Notes: generated from the sequence alone by a model not told the origin. A stretch of DNA of 13,362 nucleotides from an uncultured archaeon (GCA_964468895.1 CAYXWT010000012.1:3939-17300), one strand, 5' to 3'. Positions 6,142 through 13,286 are shown, numbered from the stretch's first letter. A program made the numbers and translations.

Positions 6142-7932
6142 ATGTATATAGAAACAAAAATTAAAGATCCAAAAGATTTAATTAAATATCTAAATACAAA
6201 TAAAATTAATCTATTTCTTAATTGTCCTTATAACTTTAAAAATAAAGATGCTCTTAATATCTTTAATTGTAAAGATTGTAAAGACCCTAAATGTTTATTA
6301 GCTTGTAAAAAAGGAGCAATATATTTCTCTTCAAAAGGAATACTTTCAATAGATCAAAATCTTTGTAATGGTTGTGGTGATTGTGTTAGAGCTTGTGAAC
6401 ATAATGCAATTATATTAAGAGATAAGAAAGCATATAAGTGTGATATGTGTGCTAATAATTCTTTTTTAATGCCATGTTATTATAATAATAAAGATATTCT
6501 TAATTTTGTATCTTCAGGAAAATTTATAAATGAAATTTATGAGAAATATTTAGGATATATTATAGATTCTGATTTTAAAGTTTTAAAAAATATTAGTAAA
6601 GATTATAAAATTTTAGAAGATACTAACAAAGATTTAAGGTATGTCATTGATCACCCTAATCTTTCTATTCAAGAAATACAAATTATAAATAATATTTTAG
6701 ATCAATATAAATTTAAAGAAATTAATTTTAAAGAAACAAATGATATTTCTAGTACTGTAAAAAAAGATTTAGAAAAAGAACTTGTAAACTACTGTTATAG
6801 TAATTCTATAGAATTAGATCCAGATCAATTTACTTATATTTTAAATTTAACTTATTTAAATTTATATAAATTTGGACCAATTACTAGTTTATTAGAAGAT
6901 AATGATCTTGAAGAAGTAACAATAATCGATATTAATAAACCATTATATGTTTTTCATAGAACTTTTGGATGGTTAAAAACAAATATAATTTATATTTCTG
7001 AAAATATTTTAAAAGATTTAGTTAATAAATTATGTTGGGAATCTAATAAATTTATTACATTAAAAAATCCATTATTAGATTCTACCATATCAGGAAATTC
7101 AAGATTAAATGCAGTAATTAGTCCAATTACATCTACTTGTGCAATAACTATTAGAAAATTTAGTGCTAAAGAATTTACAGTTTATGATTTAATTAAATTA
7201 AAAACAATTTCACTTGAAGCAATTTCTTTTTTATCATTAGTATTTTTAACAGATTCTAATGTTTTTGTAGTTGGTAATACTGGTTCAGGAAAAACAACAA
7301 CTCTAAATGCATTCTTAAAATTAATACCTATTAACGAACGGATTATAACTGTTGAAGAAGTAAGAGAAATAAGAATTCCTCATAAACATAAAGTTAACTT
7401 ACTTGTAAATAAAGATTTAGATATAAATTTAGAAAAGCTTGTTATTAATACTCTTAGAATGAGGCCAGATAGAGTTGTTATTGGAGAAATTAGAAATAAA
7501 GATGAATGTTTTGCATTAGTAGATTCTTTACTTTGTGGTCAAGCTAAAGGCACTTATACTACTTTTCATTCTCAAAGTAGTAGAGATGCAATTCAAAGAT
7601 TAATATCTTATGGAGTTTTAGAAAATGATCTTGGAGCAGTAGATTTAATAGTAAATCAAAGAAGATATAATAAATATAAAAATAATTGTTTTAGAGAATA
7701 TAGAACTGTATTTGAAATTTGTGAAGTTTTATTTGAAAATAATAAAGTTAAACTGAATATACTTTATGAATTTGATGTTTCTAAAAATAAATTAATATCT
7801 AAGAATAATTCTATTAAAATCTTTGAAAAACTAAAAATAACTTATGGGATTAATACTTATAAAGAACTTAATAAGTTATTAAAATCTAAATCTAAAGATA
7901 TATCTAAAAGATTAGAAGAATATTTTAATTAA
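6142..7932 (+). CDS. FlaI/TadA-like type IV filament assembly ATPase with canonical motifs, fused to an N-terminal multi-cysteine ferredoxin-like (4Fe-4S type) domain
   Basis: 596 aa. The N-terminus holds 12 Cys in residues 28-112, including CKDCKDPKCLLAC and the textbook CNGCGDCVRACEHNAI, plus CDMC-x8-C. The ATPase part carries 'YVIDHPNLSIQEIQ', 'GPITSLLEDNDLEEVTI', 'AITIRKF', Walker A 'VVGNTGSGKTTTLNA' (GNTGSGKTT = 7273-7299), Asp box 'RIITVEEVREI', Walker B 'LRMRPDRVVIGEIRNKDE' (7465-7494) and His box 'GTYTTFHS'. Confidence 0.85.
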   Translation: MYIETKIKDPKDLIKYLNTNKINLFLNCPYNFKNKDALNIFNCKDCKDPKCLLACKKGAIYFSSKGILSIDQNLCNGCGDCVRACEHNAIILRDKKAYKCDMCANNSFLMPCYYNNKDILNFVSSGKFINEIYEKYLGYIIDSDFKVLKNISKDYKILEDTNKDLRYVIDHPNLSIQEIQIINNILDQYKFKEINFKETNDISSTVKKDLEKELVNYCYSNSIELDPDQFTYILNLTYLNLYKFGPITSLLEDNDLEEVTIIDINKPLYVFHRTFGWLKTNIIYISENILKDLVNKLCWESNKFITLKNPLLDSTISGNSRLNAVISPITSTCAITIRKFSAKEFTVYDLIKLKTISLEAISFLSLVFLTDSNVFVVGNTGSGKTTTLNAFLKLIPINERIITVEEVREIRIPHKHKVNLLVNKDLDINLEKLVINTLRMRPDRVVIGEIRNKDECFALVDSLLCGQAKGTYTTFHSQSSRDAIQRLISYGVLENDLGAVDLIVNQRRYNKYKNNCFREYRTVFEICEVLFENNKVKLNILYEFDVSKNKLISKNNSIKIFEKLKITYGINTYKELNKLLKSKSKDISKRLEEYFN

Positions 7933-7950
7933 ATAATAATAGTTGTAAAT

Positions 7951-8688
7951 ATGAATTTAAATTTGATTTTTTCTAAGAAAAAAGTAATACTTTATTTAGT
8001 TATATTTTTTAGTTTAGTGTTATTATATGTTTTATTATATTTTGTATTTAACTTAGAAATTAAATTTAGATATTTAATTTACTTTTTTATATTTGTAAGT
8101 GTGTTTTATTTTGCAATATTTTTTTTTATAGACACCTTAAAAAAGCAAAATATTTCTAAAGAAATATCTAGAGAACTACCTTTCTTTTTAAATAATCTTG
8201 GTAATGATTTAGATAAAGGTGTTGATTTTAAAAGAGCATTAGAAAATAGAACTTTAGATAATACTTTATTAAGTAAGAAAATAAAAAAAGCTTTAGAAAA
8301 TACTAATCTTAAGGGTTTTAGTATAAAAGATAGTTTGTTAGAAATAAGTTTTGATAATAGTGAATTAAATGATGTTATTATTCAAATAATAAATATCCTA
8401 GAATTTGGATCTAAAAACAAATCTTATTCTTTAAATATAATATCTGAAAGTCTAGTTAATAAACAAAATCTTAAATTAAAAAACTTTTCTTCTAAGTTAA
8501 ATTTGATTACTTTGATATATATTGTTATTTCTACTATACTTCCTGCGATGATATTGATATTTTTTATAGTTGGAAGTAATTTCTTTGAACTTAGTTTCTC
8601 AAAGTTTAGTATTATTTTTATAATAACTATATTATTCCCTATAATAGATATGTTTTTATTATTTTTTTTAAAAAGTACTATGCCTTAG
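7951..8688 (+). CDS. Single-domain T2SSF (TadB/TadC-like) platform membrane protein, module 2 first half
   Basis: 245 aa. Two N-terminal TM helices are followed by a cytoplasmic helical segment ('ISRELPFFLNNLGNDLDKGVDFKRALEN...KKALENTNLKGFSIKDSLLEIS...VIIQIINILEFGSKN...IISESLVNKQNLKLKNFSSKLNLI'), then C-terminal TM helices. It starts 18 nt after the ATPase stop. Confidence 0.7.
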   Translation: MNLNLIFSKKKVILYLVIFFSLVLLYVLLYFVFNLEIKFRYLIYFFIFVSVFYFAIFFFIDTLKKQNISKEISRELPFFLNNLGNDLDKGVDFKRALENRTLDNTLLSKKIKKALENTNLKGFSIKDSLLEISFDNSELNDVIIQIINILEFGSKNKSYSLNIISESLVNKQNLKLKNFSSKLNLITLIYIVISTILPAMILIFFIVGSNFFELSFSKFSIIFIITILFPIIDMFLLFFLKSTMP

Positions 8689-8721
8689 TTAAAATGTATT
8701 ATTTTAATGATTTGATAAATT

Positions 8722-9537
8722 ATGAATTTAAAAAATAAAAAATTAATCACAATTTATTTTTCGGTAATTGTGATTATAATTTCCTTTGTACTTAATTGGT
8801 CTTTATTTAAGGTGTTTTTAGGTTTAATAATAATTAATTTTTTTTATTATTTAGTATTATATCTTATAGATAAATATAATATTCATCTTCAGAAACAAGA
8901 ATTTGAAAAACAATTAATAAACAATATTTTAAGTATTTGTGCATTGGATAGTGTTAATTTAAAATTAATAATTTATAAATTTGCAAGTTCAAAATCAAAA
9001 TTAATATCTAAGGAATTTTCCTTTATTAAATTTAAATTAAATCAAGGTCATAAAATAGAAGAGTTATTTAAAATTCTTAGAGTTAAATATAATTCTAATA
9101 TTTTAAATAAATTTTTAGATTTATTATTAATATCTAGAACTTTTGGAACAACTTCAAATAAAGATTTTAAATATCTTGTAGAGAACTTCTTAGATTCTAA
9201 AAATATAATTAAGCAAAGAGAATCTTTATTGTTATTACAAAAATATACTATTTTTATGTGCTCAGCTATTGTTTTACCTGCTATTATAAGTGTTGTAATA
9301 GAACTTGTTAAAAGTTTAAATACATCTTTAGACTTTAGTAGTTTTGGTTTTGTTGTATCTAGTAATCTATTTTCTACTGTGTACTATTGTGCTTTAATAT
9401 ATATTTTTGAGTATATTTTAATATCTTCTTTTTATTTAAGTTTTATAGAAAACAATAACTCTAAATTTATTGTGTATTTATTGATATTATTACCAATAAG
9501 TATATTTATATTCTTTATATCTAAGTATATTATATAG
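8722..9537 (+). CDS. Single-domain T2SSF (TadB/TadC-like) platform membrane protein, module 2 second half
   Basis: 271 aa with the same architecture. N-terminal TM helices precede the helical segment 'FEKQLINNILSICAL...EFSFIKFKLNQGHKIEELFKILRVKYNSNILNKFLDLLLISRTFGT...YLVENFLDSKNIIKQRESLLLLQKY', followed by TM helices. The sequence is more diverged, so the call rests largely on architecture and position. Confidence 0.6.
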   Translation: MNLKNKKLITIYFSVIVIIISFVLNWSLFKVFLGLIIINFFYYLVLYLIDKYNIHLQKQEFEKQLINNILSICALDSVNLKLIIYKFASSKSKLISKEFSFIKFKLNQGHKIEELFKILRVKYNSNILNKFLDLLLISRTFGTTSNKDFKYLVENFLDSKNIIKQRESLLLLQKYTIFMCSAIVLPAIISVVIELVKSLNTSLDFSSFGFVVSSNLFSTVYYCALIYIFEYILISSFYLSFIENNNSKFIVYLLILLPISIFIFFISKYII

Positions 9538-9551
9538 GATATAGGTGTAGA

Positions 9552-10175
9552 ATGATGTTTTTTGAAAGTTTGTTTTCTTTTATATTAAGTAATATTAATT
9601 ATTATACAATTTTTATATTAATGATAATAGAAAGTAGTTTTATTCCATTTCCTTCTGAAATTATATTAATACCTGCAGGGGTGTTATGTTCATTAGGAGA
9701 TTTGAATTTATTTTTGTGTGTTTTTTGTGGTGCTTTTGCTTCATTAATAGGTGCTTTAATTAATTATTTTATTGGTAAAAAATTAGGAAGATCTTATATT
9801 TTAAAACATCAAAAATTATTTTTTATAAATAAAAAGCATTTACATAATAGTGAGCATTTTTTTAAAAAATATGGTAACATAACAACTTTTGTAGGCAGAT
9901 TAATTCCTGTAATAAGACAGTATATTTCAATACCAGCAGGTTTTTCAAATATGAATTTATTTAAGTTTTCTATATTTACTTTTTTAGGTGCATTTATTTG
10001 GTCTGGTTTTCTTGTTTTTATAGGTTATTTCTTTGCAGAAAATGCAAATAGTTTATTATCTTTATATAATAATATATTAGTTATAATAATAGCACTATTT
10101 TTAATAGCTATTTTACTTGTAAAAGTTTTTTCAAGGAAATTTAATAAGAATAAATCTAAACAACATATAAAATAA
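9552..10175 (+). CDS. dedA: DedA / VTT (SNARE-associated) family membrane protein
   Basis: 207 aa with both hallmark re-entrant loop motifs: 'MIIESSFIPFPSEIILIPAG' and 'FVGRLIPVIRQYISIPAGF'. The length and TM layout are right for the family. GGTG (9544-9547) lies 4 nt upstream of the ATG as an SD. Confidence 0.85.
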   Translation: MMFFESLFSFILSNINYYTIFILMIIESSFIPFPSEIILIPAGVLCSLGDLNLFLCVFCGAFASLIGALINYFIGKKLGRSYILKHQKLFFINKKHLHNSEHFFKKYGNITTFVGRLIPVIRQYISIPAGFSNMNLFKFSIFTFLGAFIWSGFLVFIGYFFAENANSLLSLYNNILVIIIALFLIAILLVKVFSRKFNKNKSKQHIK

Positions 10176-10221
10176 GTTTATAAATATTTTGTATCTATTA
10201 TCTTGTATAGATTGTTCTATT

Positions 10222-10229
10222 TTTAAATT
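10222..10229 (+). promoter_or_regulatory. Candidate TATA box (TTTAAATT) for the tRNA gene
   Basis: It is centred about 27 nt upstream of tRNA position +1 (10253), the canonical archaeal TATA-to-start distance. It is embedded in a perfect AT-only palindrome (10221-10240) that could instead be a DedA terminator element or chance. Confidence 0.3.
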
Positions 10230-10252
10230 TTAATTTAAAATAATATTATTGT

Positions 10253-10324
10253 GCCCTAGTAGTCTATCGGTTAGGATGCGACCCTGTCGAGGTTGCGGGG
10301 CGGGTCCGACTCCCGCCTAGGGCG
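10253..10324 (+). tRNA. tRNA-Asp (anticodon GUC), 72 nt, no encoded CCA, no intron
   Basis: Hand-folded cloverleaf.
- Acceptor stem: GCCCTAG (10253-10259) pairs with CTAGGGC (10317-10323); discriminator is G10324.
- D arm: stem GTCT/GGAT, loop ATCGGTTA containing GG.
- Anticodon arm: stem CGACC/GGTTG, loop C-T-GTC-G-A (GTC at 10286-10288).
- Variable region: 4 nt.
- T arm: stem GCGGG/CCCGC, loop TCCGACT.
It is a conspicuous GC-rich island in AT-rich DNA. Confidence 0.9.
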
Positions 10325-10350
10325 CTTATTAAAATTATAGTGATGTTCTT

Positions 10351-10782
10351 ATGCACATATCTAAAATTTGTTTAATATTATTAATATTCTTATTCTTTTT
10401 TAATATAAATTTTATATTTAGTGAAAATCCAATTGTAGAACATGGATATGTTTATTATTATTATGATGATTATACTGATGTTGAACAAACAGAAGTTATA
10501 ACTCATACTTATTTAGATAGTACTTTAATATATTTTCAAACATATGATCAATCTAACAATGTTTATAGAAGTAAAACTGTTAAAGCATACCCTGATAGTA
10601 TTTTAAGTACTATTACATATTATGATTATACTGGAAATATAAACAATACTATTTGTGTACCTGATTCTTTTGATTATATTAATTATGATATTGATTATTA
10701 TGAACCATATAATTATGAATATAATGAAGTGTTTTATGATAATTCTAATGAAAATAGAAATTATTGGAATTATTGGAGATAG
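10351..10782 (+). CDS. Small secreted Tyr/Asp/Asn-rich protein of unknown function (possible YD-repeat-like beta-hairpins)
   Basis: 143 aa. The N-terminal signal-peptide-like segment is MHISKICLILLIFLFFFNINFIFS|ENP. I count about 24 Tyr, including 'GYVYYYYDDY', 'TYYDYTGNI' and 'DYINYDIDYYEPYNYEYNEVFYD'. A weak SD-like GTGAT lies upstream. Confidence 0.55.
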   Translation: MHISKICLILLIFLFFFNINFIFSENPIVEHGYVYYYYDDYTDVEQTEVITHTYLDSTLIYFQTYDQSNNVYRSKTVKAYPDSILSTITYYDYTGNINNTICVPDSFDYINYDIDYYEPYNYEYNEVFYDNSNENRNYWNYWR

Positions 10783-10789
10783 TTTTTTT
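10783..10789 (+). terminator. Oligo-T tract immediately after the stop codon (archaeal-style termination signal)
   Basis: Seven consecutive T directly follow the TAG at 10780-10782. A 236-nt non-coding spacer comes next. Confidence 0.3.
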
Positions 10790-10865
10790 AAAATTAAATA
10801 AAATCTTTAGTTTCTCTATTTTAAAGGTGATTTCTTTGTAGTTTCGTAGAGTTTCACAAAAAGTA

Positions 10866-10873
10866 TTTAAATA
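10866..10873 (+). promoter_or_regulatory. Candidate TATA box (TTTAAATA) with an A-rich BRE-like flank for the 701-aa secreted protein gene
   Basis: The context is 'cacaaaaagtaTTTAAATAg'. It would give a 5' UTR of roughly 120 nt. A chance match is quite possible in this composition. Confidence 0.2.
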
Positions 10874-11006
10874 GTCATTTTCATAAGTTTATTGTAAAGT
10901 TTAATAACTTGTTTTTACAATCTTTAAATTTTTACTAAAAAATACAAAAGAATAGTGTAAAAACATAAAATTAAAAAAACAAATAAAAAAAAAGTAATTA
11001 AAAAGC

Positions 11007-11011
11007 GGAGG
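11007..11011 (+). promoter_or_regulatory. Shine-Dalgarno sequence GGAGG
   Basis: A perfect GGAGG lies 7 nt upstream of the ATG at 11019. It is the strongest RBS in the window and stands out in an A-rich leader. Confidence 0.7.
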
Positions 11012-11018
11012 AATTAAA

Positions 11019-13124
11019 ATGAACAAAAATTTAATTAAAACAACTAATGGAATTTTACTTGTTTTTGTTGTTATGGCAAGTGTTCTGTTACTAAGTACTA
11101 CTATTTTTGCTTCTGAAAGTGATGATAGTTTAGAATTTGTAAATTTACAAATTAATGGGAATTCAAATATAAACGAAACAGTATTTAATGAAGATATGGT
11201 TTTAACAACTTCAGTAAATACAAATTTAAATAAAAACGATATTCAATTTATTGGTTATTTTATGATAGCTAATAATAATGGTATTTTGCCACTTTCAACT
11301 TTTGAATTTGTTATAGATAATACTGCTGCAATGAATTCAGATGGTATGAGAACATATTACCTTAAGGCTAATTTTAGTAGTTCTGAACTAAAACCAATAA
11401 TAGCTCAAGTTCAAGAAATACTTAATACAAATTATTCTCCAGAAAACGGAGATCAATTAAAAATAAAATTAGATGCAATTGTAGGTAGTGGTAATTCTCA
11501 GGAATTATTTACAAACAATCCATATCCAGAAATATCATATAATAGTATATATGATGAACCTCAAGTTATACCTGAAACAAATTATTATATTTCAGATCTA
11601 AAACAAATAATTAATGGAACTTCTACTTATAATAATTACAAATATACTTTAAATCACCCAAATAATTATCCTTTTGAATTTACATTTCAATCTAATGTAG
11701 AGTCACAAGATGTTATTTTTAAATTAGTTTTAGATGATGGTGATGATCAAACACTTTTATTTAATCAAAAAGGTGATTATATAAAAACAGCTCAACCAAT
11801 AACTCTTTCAACAGCTAGTGGAATAACAAGTGATCCTATAGCTTATAATTATAAGTATAAATTTAATTTAACTGATGATATTTTTACATCTATTGATGAT
11901 TATAAATTAGTTAGTGGAAATTATGATTTATATTTAACAGTTTCTCAAGTTAAAGCTTCACAAGGTTCAGTTACACAAGGTGTAGAAACAAGTATTCCTA
12001 GAGAAGATATTGTTATAGATTTTGAATATTCAAATAAAATTAATACTCTTCCTGAAATTGTTTCTTACAAAGCTGAAAATTTAACTATAAATGTTTCATC
12101 AGTTGATAATGTGAACGAAATGGATGATGGGTATTATGTTGTAGAATTAGGTATATATGATTCTTTAAATTTAACACTTAGTTACACTGTTGAAGGTTTA
12201 GAAGATGTTGAATTAGCTAATGCTGTATTTTTAAAATATAAAAATGATGCTGCTATATTTTATCCTGTTTTAAGATCTAAACATTGTGATAGTAGTAAAT
12301 GTGCTTATACTTATCAAGTAAGTATATATAAGTCAGTTATAGATGATAAACCTTATAAACTTGAATATAGAGTTTATTCTGCAAATGCTAGAAATCCAAA
12401 TTTAAATTATGCCACTTCAACTAATAAAGTGACTTCAACAAGATCATATAGTTCTGAAGATATAAAAGTTGTATTAAGTAATGAGTCACAAGTTTTGAAA
12501 ATACCTATTGATCATATAATTAGTTTCTATAATGATAATAGTTCAAAACTAGTTCAATATAAAACTTCAATTTCTCAAAAAAATTCTCCAACACCTATAA
12601 TTGGAATAGAACCTGAATTAGAACAAAATGTTGACAGTGATAATATAGTCAGAGATACAGATGATGAAACAAATTCTGAAGGAGAAATGGCTCAAGATTT
12701 TCAAAATAACAAAGTAGCTATAGAAAAAAGTCTTAGTGGTAAGAATGTTTCAAGTGGTATTAGTTACCCTAAAGTAAGTACTAGTACAAATAATATGTAT
12801 GCTCAAAGAGATTATTATTTAGAAAAGTTAAGTCCTATTTTAAAACAAAATGGTGTTAACTACAAATATATTACTTCTATATCTCTAAAAGATACAGGTG
12901 ATGAAGAAACAACAACATATATTTTAGAGGTTAACGAACCAAAAAAGTTTTTAGGAATTTTTAAAATTGGTGAAAGAACATATACTAAAGAAGTATCTAT
13001 TCCTACTAAAGATTTAATAAATTTAGATCTACAGTATAATAGAGCCAAGCCAAAACCTAAAATACTTACTGAAATAAAGAGTGAAGCAGTTAGTCAAACA
13101 GAATCTGATAATAGTAACAATTAA
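11019..13124 (+). CDS. Large secreted or surface protein of unknown function (candidate adhesin or surface-layer component), N-terminal signal sequence, no C-terminal anchor
   Basis: 701 aa. The N-terminus is MNKNLIKTTNG-ILLVFVVMASVLLLSTTIFA|SESDD (11019-11111). The mature part is polar and rich in Asn/Ser/Thr/Tyr, with alternating beta-strand-like patterns and many N-x-S/T sequons. It has only two Cys (HCDSSKC). An acidic linker 'DSDNIVRDTDDETNSEGE' is present. The C-terminal segment 'TTTYILEVNEPKKFLGIFKIGERTYTKEVSI' is faintly reminiscent of PepSY-like motifs (tentative). No terminal TM helix or sorting signal was seen. Confidence 0.75.
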   Translation: MNKNLIKTTNGILLVFVVMASVLLLSTTIFASESDDSLEFVNLQINGNSNINETVFNEDMVLTTSVNTNLNKNDIQFIGYFMIANNNGILPLSTFEFVIDNTAAMNSDGMRTYYLKANFSSSELKPIIAQVQEILNTNYSPENGDQLKIKLDAIVGSGNSQELFTNNPYPEISYNSIYDEPQVIPETNYYISDLKQIINGTSTYNNYKYTLNHPNNYPFEFTFQSNVESQDVIFKLVLDDGDDQTLLFNQKGDYIKTAQPITLSTASGITSDPIAYNYKYKFNLTDDIFTSIDDYKLVSGNYDLYLTVSQVKASQGSVTQGVETSIPREDIVIDFEYSNKINTLPEIVSYKAENLTINVSSVDNVNEMDDGYYVVELGIYDSLNLTLSYTVEGLEDVELANAVFLKYKNDAAIFYPVLRSKHCDSSKCAYTYQVSIYKSVIDDKPYKLEYRVYSANARNPNLNYATSTNKVTSTRSYSSEDIKVVLSNESQVLKIPIDHIISFYNDNSSKLVQYKTSISQKNSPTPIIGIEPELEQNVDSDNIVRDTDDETNSEGEMAQDFQNNKVAIEKSLSGKNVSSGISYPKVSTSTNNMYAQRDYYLEKLSPILKQNGVNYKYITSISLKDTGDEETTTYILEVNEPKKFLGIFKIGERTYTKEVSIPTKDLINLDLQYNRAKPKPKILTEIKSEAVSQTESDNSNN

Positions 13125-13146
13125 GTCTAGTAGTTTAATATCAGAT

Positions 13147-13197
13147 AAGTAAATAAATTATTAATTTTAATAATTTATTTATTTTTTTTATTTTTTT
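13147..13197 (+). terminator. Hairpin plus double oligo-T terminator after the 701-aa gene
   Basis: Perfect inverted repeat: AAATAAATTATTAA (13151-13164) pairs with TTAATAATTTATTT (13167-13180), extendable by a few flanking pairs. It is followed by T8 (13182-13189) and T7 (13191-13197). The stem is entirely A-T, so the T-runs may be the functional signal. Confidence 0.5.
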
Positions 13198-13286
13198 AAA
13201 ATTTAATTTTAAAATGTATTTTTATGTTTTTTAGAAGCATTTAAATAAGGTTTATAGGTATTATAATTATTAATTTATGAGAAATT

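Noticed and set aside
235-9537. Interpreting the locus as an archaellum (fla/arl) operon
   Set aside because: There are no archaellin genes and no FlaH (KaiC-like), FlaX, FlaF/G or FlaC/D/E. The platform is split Tad/Epd-style rather than a single FlaJ.
10221-10240. Perfect 9+9 palindrome TTTTAAATT-TT-AATTTAAAA just upstream of the tRNA
   Set aside because: AT-only palindromes of this size arise readily by chance at this composition. I use only the TATA-like half, at low confidence, as a possible tRNA promoter.
11019-11111. Calling the 701-aa protein a type IV pilin or adhesin-pilin because of 'TNG|ILLVFVV…'
   Set aside because: It lacks the charged residue at -2 required by FlaFind-type patterns. 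The hydrophobic stretch is followed by a good Sec-type A-x-A-like site (IFA|SE). It is left as ambiguous rather than asserted.
12860-13048. 62-aa minus-strand ORF inside the 701-aa gene
   Set aside because: It lies entirely antisense to a long, well-delimited CDS. It has no RBS and no recognisable features.
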